The position numbers and the translations under genes were made by a program. A stretch of DNA of 64,000 nucleotides from the human T2T-CHM13v2.0 reference genome, Homo sapiens. Of the stretch, positions 12,050 through 29,592 are shown in pieces. The notes beneath the pieces were generated by a model. The model had not been told where the DNA came from and did not search any database. It saw only the letters and a list, made by a program, of their open reading frames with translations. The DNA is taken from NCBI RefSeq assembly GCF_009914755.1, contig NC_060933.1; one strand, written 5' to 3'. How positions within the stretch are numbered: the first letter of the stretch is position 1; each line of letters begins with the position of its first letter.

Positions 12050-14350
12050 TCTAGGAAGAGATGATAATAGATAACAGAAAATAATTTGAAGTGAATTATA
12101 ATAAAAACTATTTAAAATTGTTTACTACAGGTAAAGCAGTATATAAAAGATAACCCATACACTTAAATGCATACGAAAGAAAAGAAGAATTGTTGATTAA
12201 AGTGAGCTCAGCATTTATCTTAATACGTTAGAAAAAGATGTGCAAAATAAGTCCAAAAAAGAGCTGAAGAAAGATGATAATAAAGATAACATAATAAACC
12301 AACGAAGTAAAATATATATACAGTAGAAAAAGATTAACAATGCCAAACACTGGTACTTCTAAATAAATATTAAAATTAAGAAAATTCTGGAGAGATTGGG
12401 AAAGATAAAGAAAGACAGAAAGAAAAAAAAAAGGAAGAAAGAAAGAGTGCAAATAAAAGCCACAAGAATAATTTAAAAATCAAATATTGCTATAGATATT
12501 ACAGTTTTTGTATATATTTAACAGATAATAAAATGTTGTCATATAAAAGGTTTTACAAAACTTTTGAAGATTTGAATAAAATCAAAAACGTATAATTTAC
12601 CAAATCTAACTCTAGAAAATTAGAAAACTTAAATCGTTCAAAAGCATTTAAAAATACATAATACAACAAGTACAGTAATATTTTAAGTGATAGAAGCGTA
12701 GTCACTGTAAGAATTTTCAACTTTGTATGCTTGAAATTTATAATAATTAAAGTGTCAGCATGAAATTTTTGTACATAAGCACATACACAGATGTGCACAC
12801 ACACACCCTGAAGTTGCTTTTTAGTGAAATTAACCAAGCATTAAGGAAAGCATATTTCCAGTCTTACTCAGGGTTTCATAGTTTTCCAAAGAATAGAAAC
12901 ACAGAGCACATTCCTCAACTAATATTTATTTTACCTGCATATCCTTGAAACAAAAACCTGTCAAAGATAACATTTGAAAAAGTAACTGTCGGCCAAATTT
13001 TTTTATTCATGAGTTTCTGTGCATTTCTTTGAGCAATACAATAGTCAGCTATATCTAATTGTGTATTTGTGCACATGTGTATTCAAATTTAATTATGAAG
13101 ATGAGTTCAACATCAAAAGATCAACAAAAGTTTTCCACTGCTTTAATAGATTACCAGATAAAAATTATTGTATTAATAGGTGAAAAATAGAAAAAAATCA
13201 ATTATCAATTCATAGTTCAAAAAATAATTGGTTAAAAACCAGAACTAAAATTTACTTTCTTGGCCTAAAAGAAAAGGTATCTACAAACAAACAGAGACAA
13301 ACACACTATTGTAATCATCATACTTAATGGTGAAACATGTATATTGTTTCATGATATGATATCACTATAAAGCAGTACAAATAAATGAATGCAAACACAA
13401 CAATACAGCAACAAGACTAGACTGTCTGCAATAATCATTTCTATTCAACATTTTATTGAATATTGAAGTTAGTCCAACAAAGAGAAAAAATGTGTAAATG
13501 ATGAAAAAAAAAATCCAAAATGCCATTATCCACAGATGATATAGTTGGCATGTTAGAAATATTTAAAAATTTATGATAAATGAATTAAAATTAATAACAG
13601 TGTAACAAGGTTGGTGGATACAAAATCAATATAAAAATAAAGCAATTATTTTTCTATATACCCTTAGAAAACAGAATATTAAACTTAAAAGCTGCCACCA
13701 TCTACAATTGCATTAAAAGTGTCAACTATCTAAAAATAAACTCAACAACACGTGTGCAATATAATTACAGAATTTATTGTGCTACATTAAAGATAAGCTA
13801 AATAAATGGAGCCTCATTGTATGAGGCGGTTCACACAGAATCAGCATTACTAGGAAACTTCTTAGAAATACAGATTTTTGGGGTTTCACTCCAGAGCTAC
13901 TTAAACAGAAATTGTGAGGGTTTGGCCTAGCAATGAGTTAAGTCCTCCTGGTGATTCCTATATGCTAGAGTTTGAGAATTACTGATCTAGAGATGTGAAT
14001 ACTCTTGTGCATGATACAAGCAGCATTGCTTGTTATCCCAAACTAAAAACCACACAGAAGCTAGTCAACAGCAAATTGTAGCCAACAATGGTAGGCTATA
14101 AAGCAATACAAATAAATGAAAGTGAACACATAACAATATGGATGAATATTACAACATGTTATTAAGTAAATAAAGGAAAAAACAAGATGATATATTCCAT
14201 TTGTTTCTATTTATATAAAGTGCAGAAAGAGGAAAAATTAAGCTATCCCGTTTAGGAATGCACACATGGGTGACAGAACTAAATAAAAAGCAAGGACATG
14301 AGTTCTTCTTACTTTTTCTTGTATGTTATATTTAACAATAAAATTGTCTA
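12050..14350 (+). mobile_element. Highly degenerate L1M(E) ORF2/3' fragments
   Basis: A-rich sequence with CTTAATGGTGAAA, TTCTATTCAACATT, ACAGATGATATA and GGATACAAAATCAATATA. Confidence 0.65.
13830..13985. mobile_element. MER5A-like hAT MITE
   Basis: TTAGAAATACAGATT...CCTGGTGATTCCTATATG...AGTTTGAGAATTACTG. Confidence 0.7.
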
Positions 14351-15899
14351 AAATTAAAGTTAAGAGATATGGAAATTATATAAGGGAATTCTGACACGTA
14401 CTGAAGAAACGTTCTACAAGGAAAGAATAAAACAAATGGAGGAGAAACAATATTTAAAGAAACAGTAGATAATATGGTAGTATGACAGATGGAAGAAAGC
14501 AAACTGAGTCCTCATACTGAAACTAGTCGCTGAGAGCTCAACGGGATAAAAAGTCTCACTGACAGAAAAATAATAGTAAAAACTAAAATCAAGAAAAGTA
14601 GAAAATCCTATAATCTTCCAGAAAGAGGGAAAAAAGATAGCTACAAATGGATAAGAATCAGATTGATATATCATATTTCTTATTGACAGCCCAGATGCAC
14701 AAAGACAAGGGAACAATGTCCTCAAGTGTTTTAAGGAAAAATGACTTTGAGTCTGGATATAACAAAATTGTTATCCGAATCTGAATGAGAAATAAGATAG
14801 TGTCAGACATGCAAGGACACGGAATATTCGCTGCCCACAGACCTTCGCTTTTAGAATCATTACAGGATGTATGCCAGAGACAGGGAAGATGCCTGAAACA
14901 ATTACTAAACTTAGACTTCCTCTTAAAAAGAAAAAAAAAACTCTCAAAAAAGACCAGAATAAATGAATGAATGAATGAATAATTTCAGAGCTTGAGCTTT
15001 AACCATTAAGCTGCAAGCACTCTCAGAAGGATCCATTTGTTTAAAATGGGGTTTCCAATGAATTTCTGCAAAATTTGTTGTTGAACATTCTGTTCATTGT
15101 ACTTATTTACCATGAGCTTTCTGTTCTTATTGGTACAGTTGGCTTCTGCATGTTTTTAGCTATGTTATTCTCTGATCTGATTATTGTCCCTCTATGTTTT
15201 CTATCTTATAAGAATTTCTCTAAATTTCTAGTGTGTTGATGTTGCTTTTATATTTTCCATTACTTTTCATGTATACTTACATTTTTATATTCTTTTCTGG
15301 GATTTTGAGAGAGAGAGAGAAAGTAGATACATGTATCTGGTCCATCATCTTAAGCACTATCCAAACTGAATGTAGTAAGTTTCTACAGAAGATCTTATTT
15401 AAAAAAATTATTCAGCTGCTAATCCAAACTTATTCAATGTAAATATAAGGAAATTGGAGGCCAGACTACTTAAATGGTTTGACTTGGTAGATGCAGTAAG
15501 CTGGGACAGAATTGATATCAAATTTTAGTTCTTCCCAATGACAAAATGTTTCCACTTGATCATGCTGAACATTTGATCAAATTATATTTATACAAAGTGT
15601 TTATCAAAGTAAAAAATAGCTACGAAAGAAATAAAGAATTCAATATTAGGAAAGCAAATGTTAGTCTTCTATAAATATGAAAACACTACTTTCCATAATT
15701 TTCTCAGCATGCAACTGAGTTCTACCTCTAATTTGGATGCTAAGACATAATTATATGTAAAAAAATTGAATTTTGAAAAATTGAATTTGTCTATTTTGCT
15801 GAATCTCTTAAACATAAAACTAACTCACTCCAACACAGTCCATTCTGTTATTCATTTCTGCCTCTCGTGGTTGATAGTGATTACAATTAGCATTCATTG

Positions 15900-16060
15900 G
15901 TCACTTTATGTTCCAATAGAGACACAGTGTTAAGTGCTGCCAAGAGACCTCTAAACCATTTTACAGATGAAGAAACTGAGGCCCCTAAAAGTTTAAAGAA
16001 AAATGTACAAGAGCACACAAATTTGGAGGCCTGTATTGTGAGCCATTAAGCTACATTTCC
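15900..16060. mobile_element. MIR SINE fragment
   Basis: Core sequence CCATTTTACAGATGAAGAAACTGAGGC. Confidence 0.75.
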
Positions 16061-16077
16061 TTACATTCAGAGTTATC

Positions 16078-16497
16078 AGTGATGTGTTGATAAATGTTTC
16101 ACAAGAGACAGCTGGAACTGGGGATAGGAGACACAAATTGTAGTTGATTTTTGTGCTGTAAATATACCCACTGTGGTTAATTTGAAGACATCAATTGATG
16201 TCCATGAAAGAGATATTGGGAAGATTGGACAGAAGCACACCATTATATAGGGTTTCCGCTATGCAGGTAAAATAGACATTAATAACCACAAGCACTAAGC
16301 AACAGTAAATGGTAGCAAAATAATTAGAAATTATGAGTTCTGAGCATTCCTTCTTGTGTTTTTAATGTTATTTAATTGTAAGTTTCTATAATTTGATTTT
16401 TAATAATATCTGTGTTTAGAAACAGGCTCCCCAAATTTCTCAAAATATGACAATCACCTCGTATAATCTGGTATGAGTTGGCTTTAGTACACTACAG
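16078..16497. mobile_element. MER63-like hAT-Blackjack DNA transposon
   Basis: Starts CAGTGATGTGTTGATAAATGTTT and ends TAGTACACTACAG, forming degenerate terminal inverted repeats ~420 bp apart. Confidence 0.7.
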
Positions 16498-16596
16498 GAG
16501 TTAGTCATGAGTGTTTTTGCTCTACCTGTAGTTTGGGGATGTAAAAAATACTCATAGCTAAAAATTGGTTTTGCCTATTAAAATACCTGCAGAGTA

Positions 16597-16920
16597 GGCC
16601 AAGTGCAGTGGTTCATGCCTGCAATCCATGCCTTTTGGGAGGGAAGCCAAGTTGGGAGGCTTGTTTGAGGCCAGGAGTTCGAGACTAGCCTGGGCAACAT
16701 AACAAGACCCCTGTCTCTACAATGAATGAAAATGTTAACCAGGTGTGGTGGCGAGTGCCTGTGGTCCCAGCTACTCAGGAGGCTGAGGAATGATGTTTGC
16801 TTGAGCCCAGGCTGCAGTGAGCTATGATTGAGCCATTACACTACAGTCTGGGAGACAGAGTAAGACCCTGTCTCAAAAAATAATAATAAAAAAAAGAAAA
16901 GAAAAAAGAGAGAAAGAAAA
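16597..16920 (+). mobile_element. AluJ-like SINE
   Basis: GAGGCCAGGAGTTCGAGACTAGCCTGGGCAACATA, GCAGTGAGCTATGATT and an A-rich tail. Confidence 0.9.
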
Positions 16921-19900
16921 CCCTTGCGCATTACATTGCTTTATCATTTTGAAGAAGATAGCTTTTTGTTTGTTTGCTTGTTTTGAGGTATGGTGAATTA
17001 CTTTGCTCATTTTTAAAGTCAGAACCATAGCCCATTGTAGTACATAGGCTAGTACAGTGAATTTATAATATTTAAGTATTATGTATCATCACATATACCC
17101 ATGCACACACACATACATGAAAAGAGCATTTCTATCAATTGATCTACATGTGTGTATTTATGTTTAGATACAGAAAAAATAAATTTAGGAGAATAAGTTA
17201 AAATTTAAAAAAGTATTGCCATAAAAGGTAATATTAGAAAGTATTTGAAGGCTTTGTATTTATGATACTGTATGTGTCAGTACTAACTAAAGGGTGAAAT
17301 CTGATTCACTCGAAGTTAAATCCGACTCTGCATCCATGGAAAGTTTAGTGGTGACAATAGACAAATAATGGTCTTCGGTTGAAGCTTCTGCTAAAAACAT
17401 TTTTCTTTCAAACACGGAATTCAAGACAAGGTCATTGATTGTGTTCCATAAACAACCTGTTCTATTATGTATGGCTTCTGCATTTTTGCCTTGAGATGGT
17501 TTTCATTCACGCTAACACTTATCGTGCTCATCTGTCTGTAACTTCTATAGAATGCCTTATTTCACCATTGAACAGATCAAGATAAATGATGCTTTACTGG
17601 GAGGTAAATAAGACTCTTGAATTTTTCTTACACTGAAGTAATTATTATTTGGTCCAAAACTATTAAAGGTAAGTGACATCGTACATTAGAAAAGAACTTC
17701 AGCTTTAGCTCTAAATTCTACTGATGCTGTGAAATGCTTATTTAATTTGATTGCATACATATATATCTCCACAAATATATCTGTTTCAAGGCTATCATGT
17801 AAGACTAATAGAATGTCTAATGGAATTGCTGTACTTAAAAGTTAAAAACAAAGTTTAGTTTGCGTTTTGGGTTTGCATGTTTTATCATAAAGGATAATAA
17901 ATTATTTGTCCTTATATCTGATTTTGGCATATTTTCCTATGACAGAAGGAGTAAAAAAATCTAAACATTAAGTGGTTATCTCCATTTCACATTACATAAC
18001 CTACAGGTTTGTTGCTGCAAGGAAAGAACTTGCAAGGAAATTGATTTGGGTTGTCAGATGGAAATACATGTCTGCAAAAAACATTAAGTTCTCCATCACC
18101 AGAGGTATTCAAGTATAACTTCAATGACTACATATTCATTTTATAGTAGAAGGGATCCAAACGTCAGATGAGTGGGGAACAAGGAATGGGGGAGCTTAGT
18201 GATTTAAGTTACCTTTATAATCTCTCTTACCTGTTTGATAACCTAAACTGTCTTTTCTCCCTTCTTTTATACTATAAAACAGCTTAATCATTCAGTATCC
18301 TTCTCTCATAAAAAAGTGGTGTGATGTGTCTATTTGGCAATCATATATTTATAACATCTGCCTTAATTATATTAGATTAGGGTCTGAAACAGAAGAGCTT
18401 GATGTGGTGAAAAACCCATAGGATCAGCAATTGAAACACCTGAATTGTTGCCCCAACTCTACCATTAGAAATGCTATGATGCTGAGAAAGCTATCAGTCT
18501 TCAGGGTATTCTATAGTAAGTAGGAGAGTACTGGTCTTTTGATATCTAAGTTTGCTAGAAGCTCTAAAACTATATGAGGCTAATATCTGCTCTCTATCTC
18601 AATTATCTCCAAAATGTGAGATGGGTTATACTTTCTCAACTTTTGCCACTTACTATCAAAATTCACATAAAGAAAAGTGTTCCCTGTGTGAACCTCATTT
18701 GCTGATTTTTAGATTGAAGTTAAAAATCTGTTTATTGATTTAGTGCACCAGCCAATTTGAACACTAGAATCAGCTTCTTGGAAAATATTGCCAAGAAAAG
18801 CTGAAAACCAAGTATATCCGGCTAATCTGTGTTACAAAGTATTAGAAATGTAGTTGTAAGGAAAATGTTTTGTGGATTGTGCTATCCATCTTTTCTATTT
18901 TGCTGATGTCACACTGAGGTGTCAATTAAAGATGATATGTGCAAATCATTTAAAGCCCTAAAGAGAAAAAGGAAAATGTTACCAAATATAAGGTTATGCC
19001 CAGGCAATTAAGGAAGCAATAACTGGAAATTATAAATGGCAGGCAAACCAAGCCTATAAGAAATAATTCGGGCTTCAAATCTTAGAGACTCTTTTTTAAG
19101 TGGGCTGCTTGGATCCCAGCCTTCATGCAGAACATGTCATTAATTGAACAGTGTCTTTTAGAAACACAAGCATCAGATTCTTGGTGGGTGTCCTGCTATA
19201 TTGTTTGGTATTGATAGAACTTGTTAGTCTAGAAGTGTCATTTTCAAAATGTCTTATTATAGAAAAAATATGAAATGTTTACTTATTTCAAGAATCAAGC
19301 GTAGTATACAGGATATGTCAAAAATATAAATGTATACTTTAAATAAATAATCATGCACTCATATGTAACACTAACTTTCTGAGCTGTATTAGTGATGCTG
19401 AAACACAGTACACGTACATATGTTTAAAGGAATAATATCAGAATATAAGTTCATGTTGTTTCAAAGCAAAACTTTGCCTAACTTCACGTTATAAGAACCT
19501 CACTTTCTTCACGTTATAAGAACCTCAAATATGTTAATATTGGTTTATTAGTTTGCTGCCTCCAGATATCTTACATATGAAAAAGAGACACGGGTGAAAA
19601 ATATCGGGTACACTATTTTCAGAGAGCCAGAGGAAATCAGAATCTAGGTGATTACTCAACCTCTACTGTGTTTTACATTGTCATCAGTCTCAGAATGTAG
19701 CCTTTGTCAGAGTAAAACCAGATGGTCCTGACAATATCATGAGTTAGTTTGATTTTCTTGCTACACTTGTCATTTCTGCCATAACAGTGCGATGTCTGAA
19801 GGGGTTTAGCATGTTTAGAGTAGCTTAAAGGTTGGTATTGCCTGTTGGTATAGTGGTGTGATGGTAGTGGTGAACTGTAAACTTTGAAATGAGAAGCAAT

Positions 19901-21202
19901 TTGCCTTTATTGCAGTTTCACAGGCAAGTCAGAATGTAAAGACCATATCACCTAAAGAGACAAGAGAACAGAATAGTGGATATATCGAAAGCTGTACCAT
20001 TTGGGAACTGGGAGATTTAAGTGTGCCATACATATCTCTATCTGCCCGGAATATGTCCCCTTTCATTCCCACAGGTCATCCTTCTGTTCCCAGTTTTCAC
20101 GTCACTTTCGATAACTCTTCTAATTCACTGTCTAGGCTAACTCTTCCCTCTATGGAATCTCACTGCACCCTGTTTTTCCCTGCCATATTGCTTATAACAC
20201 TCTTTTATTGTATATCTATTTTTCTATTTCCTTATTAAACTCAAGTTTCCAAGATGGCATGGATTTGATCCATGTATCTTTTTTGCTTGTTAAAACGCCT
20301 GGTTTATTGTAGGTATGGTGCAAATGTTAGTCACTGCTTCCCTTTTCCAACTCTAAATGAATAGCCAAAACCACACGTTTGTTAGCACGCGTGGAATGTC
20401 ATCAGTTGGTCTGCCATAAATAGTTACGGTTGAGATACTGGGAAATGGAAAGGAATACTATGAATATAACATGATTTTAAATTCCAAGTTTGGACCTAGA
20501 AAAACACAGGTGATAATGAAAATAATATTTTATATTTGTGTACATTTTGCAGTTTGTGAGCACATATATAAATGGTGAGGCACTCAGATATGCACATATC
20601 CTTGCTCAGGGACCATTTTGGGCAGTGGTGGATGAGAGGGCTTTGAAAGTCTTGAAAGCCTTCAGTGGGATTAAGGACCTCTGAAGGGTCTGGTTCAAGG
20701 CTTAGGTACATAAAAAAGCAGTGATGTAGAGTTGAGATCAGGAGAAATGGGATCAATCCTGGTTCTGCTGTTTCCTACTTGTGTGATTTTGGACATCTCC
20801 TGACTGCAGTCCATAGTTGGGTCTAGTTGGTTCAGATAACTCCCTTCAACAACAGCTTAGATGTTTATTGAAACTCAACAATTTATAGACACAAAGGACT
20901 AGTTGAGATGAATCAAATTTACACAAAAGATGAAAATCTTACAGTATTGTACATATTATAAGATTTTAAATTATGTACAATATTATAAGATTTTAAATTA
21001 AGTATAAAAAATGTTTACAGCAGCAAAATGAAATGATAAGGTTTGATTGTGGTATTAATTTATTTTTGAGTAGAAGTTTGAAAAAATAATTGGTTATAAA
21101 GTTTACAGAGGATCATTAGAGAAGGGAATAATTAATCTAAAATAATGCATATCTAACGTTGCATTTTAGAATTTGTAAAATAGCATAAAAATGTTGGAAG
21201 TA

Positions 21203-24194
<2,992 letters not shown>

Positions 24195-24553
24195 TTATTC
24201 AATTGATTTATTGCCTTTTGGCAAACTTGCCAAGATATATTGCTATTGCGGCCTTTTGGCTAGGGTCTGGAATGGTAGGTTTGCGATTTTATTGTTAACA
24301 TTCAATGTTATAAATCAGTTTGAACCTGAGATATAATGAGAGATTCTTCTTCAGGTATAATGTTAAATGTACACTAATCAATTTTCCAAATTCTTCAAAA
24401 TTCCTTCTGAAAGAAATCTTTTAACTTTTTTTAAAAAGAATTTTTTTTCCCACAAAACTTCTGCCGACCACTGTAACCAGGTATAACCAGGTATGACCAT
24501 CCAATGTCTATTGGGAGAAGTCAGAATTGTCCCTGGCCAATAGTACTGTTTAA

Positions 24554-24682
24554 CCCATTTATCTCTAGTGTTCCATTATTAGAACATTAAGCTTGCGGGA
24601 GTTATTTATATCCTACTGCTCAAAGTCATCGCCAAGCTCTGATTTTTCACACAACAAATTCGCGACCTGTGGCATAAATGGG
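24554..24682. mobile_element. MER85 piggyBac MITE (PGBD3-derived)
   Basis: TTAA|CCCATTTAT...GGCATAAATGGG|TTAA, internal palindrome GTTCCATTATTAGAAC and GGGAGTTATTTATATCCTACTGCTCAA. Confidence 0.93.
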
Positions 24683-25979
24683 TTAAGTTTGCTTGAATAA
24701 ATGTCAGAGTTCCATCTGGGAATATTATACACAACCAAAAAGAGGTATAGGCTTGTTGTTTGTTTTGCTTTTAACCCCACCATGTGTATGAAGGTGGCTC
24801 AGATGCTTGAGTATGTTTCAGTCACCTGTATAGTCTTGAAAGTATTGAGTGGGATTAAGGAACTCTAAAGGGTCTTGTTTAATCCTTAGGTATGTGAAAA
24901 GACAGTGGTGCAGAGCTAGAATCAGGAGAACTATAATCAGTCTTGGTTTTGCATTTTCCTACTTATGTGTCTTTGGAAAATCACTTACATTTCTTAGCTT
25001 CTGCTTTTTCCTTTGCAAAATGATTATAAAATAGTTGTTCTATAAAGATCAAGTGCCACATCTATTAAATGCTTTTGGCTGTTGCAAGTGGAATACACAT
25101 TTAAGGCTAATTATTGTCATTGCAATGGAAAAGTAAAAAAAACTGGCGTAGGAACAAAGAAAGAGAAAAAAAACAAAGGAAGTGAGAAACAATGAGAGAA
25201 GGAAAAATGATAGATGTTTAACTTGAGAAACGGTAGAATGAAATGTCAAAATTTTCAATGTGAGGGCTGGTTCATCTCTTGGCTTGCCTTAAATCCTTGG
25301 TTGCTTGGACAGTGACCATTGGAGTCCGTCACATTGAAATGTGGGAAATAAATTTCTTAGAGATTTGCAGGCTCCTGAAATCATTAGCTGAAACTTTGAG
25401 TTACAGCAGCCCCAGAAATGTGGCTTAAAAACGGGGAAAAACAACAGTGACCAAAAATAAAAATAAGACCAGGTGTACCACTGTTGGATATATCCAAATT
25501 CCCTCTTTTGGCACAATTCAAAATACAAAATTTTCTTAGTCAGATCTAGTTGAAAAACCTTGGTCAAATTATACAATCTTATTAAGTACCAATTTTCTCA
25601 ACTTTTAAGTGAATCTAGTATCCACACTTACAGAACTGATGGAGAATTAAACAATATACCTAGCTTCTAGCGTGATTCCACTGTAGCAAATATTCTCAAT
25701 TTTGTGTTTTCCCTGTCACAAAGACCCATTACTTACTAGTCTTGTCATCTACCAGGGGAAAATAAAAGACCGACTCCTATTCTCATGGTTTCTCTCTCCA
25801 GCCTTTTTCTATCATCTTTCTTCTATTTTTTTTTATTCTTAAAGAATCCTGCATATCCTTCTATCCCTCTCTTCTTAATGAATCTTCTGTTAATACATCT
25901 TCCATATATCTCAACTCCTGAAACTTAAACTCTGTATTTACTAGTGAAAGAGAGAAGGATGTTTAACCTTAGTCAATGA

Positions 25980-26372
<393 letters not shown>

Positions 26373-27744
26373 TTCCCCAGAATACTTTAAACTCCAATTT
26401 AAAGATGGATTAGAAAACTTCCTATGCAACAATACCCTCTCAGGCACAAAATCCAAGCTTTCATTTGTTATTAAATTGTTGACTGAAAGTTCAATGTCTG
26501 CCTCTTTTTTCAAAATTCTTTCAGGCTACAGACTATTTTAGTGGAAGAATGTTCTCAGATCAAGAATGCCCCAAAACAAACATAAAAAGAATGTCTAGCT
26601 TCTTCCCCAGTAGAATGTTTACTCTTTTCCACCGAAAGTTTGCAAAGTGAAAAATCTATTGTATTAAAATTGATCTTTAGTGTTCATCTGTCAAGAGTTT
26701 TAATATTTTTTAGACCTGTATGCTGAAGACAGAGTTACTGAATAACAATAACCTGTAAACATATACATAATGTTGGAAGACTATGACGTGGACAAAGAAA
26801 TGATGATCTATACCTATTAGGAAGAAATACCAGGGTGGATGGATCGATTTCTTAATATAGCACTCTGGAACTAGTAATTTAAAATAGGATGATGGATCAT
26901 TGATTTATCTAATGTGACTTTCATCACTAGAAAATGTTCAGCACTCTTGCTGCAGGGGAAAAAAAGGTCATATTGTTTACATCTCCCTACAACACTCCAT
27001 GCCCAGCAATTATTAAGTTGCATTTTTTATGATGCTTTATGGAACCAAGATACTCCATTCAACTATTTCTCCCCAGGCTTTTTGTTCATGTATTTCTTTA
27101 TCCCCTTGATCAACAACATACTTGTTCATTAAATAATTATGTGTTATGGTCTTTGCATGGCAGGTTAATTCAATAATTATGTGTTGGGGTCTTTGCATAG
27201 CACATGATCTAATAGTAGTCCTGTCCCTAGACCCAGAAAGAAGGGACCCCTGCTCCTAGTACATTAAGAGGCAAGGTGTCCATGGGGCAAAGAAAATGTG
27301 TCTTCCCCTCCTAGACCACGATATAGGTACCCAGAAGCCTAAATCCCTGTCCAAACAGTTCTGAGCCTACTTCCAGGGCCTGAATAGTTGGCTTTGACCT
27401 TCTGAGATCTGACAGGGCAGCAGCAGTCGGCCTATCTTTAGGCCTGAGAATTGGCCAAGTCCTAGCTATTTGTAAGGGGTAGGTGCCATGGAAAAGCTTG
27501 GACATGCATGCTGGGCTGTCCACAGTCCCCACATGCAGGCAGAATGATGAGGGATGGAGACCAAAAGGGAAAGAAAAGAGAAGCAAGAGACAGGCCAGAA
27601 ACCACCATTTCTAACCCTAGTTCCTGTCAATAGTAGGAATAGGCCTGGAAGAAGATGCAAGACAAAGGTGGACTGAATATACTTTGCTGTATTAACAGAT
27701 TATAACTTGTGAGGAATCTCTTTCCTTTTCATATCTTAACATTA

Positions 27745-28675
27745 TTGAAAGGATGCTCTAAAAATGAGCCTAAGATGGCCTCTGTGTTGGCCTTATGTTG
27801 TTTATTTCTTCAAAGCAGTCTGAGACACTGAGACCTGCCATAGTCAAACTCAATTTTCTACACATCCAAAAGTTTTAAATATAGCCAAACATACAGATTT
27901 TTAGGCATTTATAATCTTCCTGTTTTGTATACCTCTGGAAACTATGCCCAACATCTGCTAGCTATAGATAAAACTCTGAGACTATTAAAACAATAACAAC
28001 AACAATAAAGGCCACTGATATGGTTTGGCTGTGTCCCCAACCAAATCTCAACTTGAATTGTAGTTCCCAAAATTCCCACATGTTATGGGAGGGACCTGGT
28101 GGGAGGTAATTGAATCATCGGGGCAGTTACCCCCTGCTGTTCTCGTGATAGTGAGTTCTCATAAGATCTGATGATTTTATAGGGGGCTGTTCCCCCTTTG
28201 CTTGGCACTTCTCCTTCCTGCTGCCCTGTGAAGAAAGTGCCTTTCTTCCCCTCTGCCTTACACCATGATTGTAAGTTTCTTGAGGTCTTCCCAGCCATGC
28301 AGAACTGTGAGTCCATTAAACTTCTTTTCTCTATAAATTACCCAGTCTCAGCTATTTCTTCGTAGCAGTGTGAGGACAGACTAATACAGTCACCAAGCTG
28401 CTGCTGCCTTTCAGAGCTTTCTGACCCAGAGTGTTCCCCACTATGCTGCTGAGTGACATTATCTACACAGGTAACTCCCCTCTCCAATCCCCTTTTTCTT
28501 GGCAGTTCTCTTGCCCTCCTCCCTTCTGCATGGAGGCCCCATGCTGTGAGGGACATCCTCTACATTCATTCAAACTTATCAAAGCAAATAAACCTATCAC
28601 CCAAATAAAGTTTTTGTGTGCTCCCGCCACCACTTGGTCCTGTCTTTTTCCTTAACTAGCCCCTAAATTCTCAAC
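27745..28675 (+). mobile_element. Old LTR (probably ERV1 class, family unresolved) split by THE1
   Basis: LTR-like composition on both sides of THE1, with AATAAA signals near 28590-28610. Confidence 0.45.
28016..28388 (+). mobile_element. THE1C/D (MaLR) solo LTR
   Basis: TGATATGGTTTGGCTGTGTCCCC...GACTAATACA; 5-bp target duplication GCCAC/GTCAC. Confidence 0.92.
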
Positions 28676-28734
28676 CTCATTCTTTACAAGGGAAAAAAAA
28701 ACACACACACTATATTTTTAGGTATAGAAAAGCA

Positions 28735-29062
28735 TTTGGAAGACTAGGACCTGTGAGCCAAACCTGTCCACCTGCCTTTTTGATCCAACCTGGAAGACCC
28801 AAGAATGGTTTTTACATTTTTAAATGGGTGAAAAATCAGAAGACTATTTTGTGACCTACAAAAATTACATGCAATTCAATTTCAATGTTTGTAAACAAAG
28901 TTTCACTGAACCATAGCCAGGCTCATGCATTTACATGTTGTCTGTGGCTGCTTGACACTGCATTGACAGAGTCCAGTAGTTGCAAGGAGGACCACATAGC
29001 CTGTAAAGCCTAAAGTGTTTATTACCATGCCATTTACACAAAAAAGTTTTACCTAACTCATG
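28735..29062. mobile_element. MER58B-like hAT-Charlie element
   Basis: AAGAATGGTTTTTACATTTTTAAATGG, TTGTCTGTGGCTGCTT and AAAGCCTAAAGTGTTTA. Confidence 0.8.
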
Positions 29063-29186
29063 AAATAAAACAATAGCTTCTAGGCCACTATTTTCTCATC
29101 TGCCATGTTTAAATTCCATAGTGAAAAAAAGAAGAAATATCATGTATACCTTGGTGAATATTTTTCTTAAGGAATACAAAGTACCA

Positions 29187-29592
<406 letters not shown>

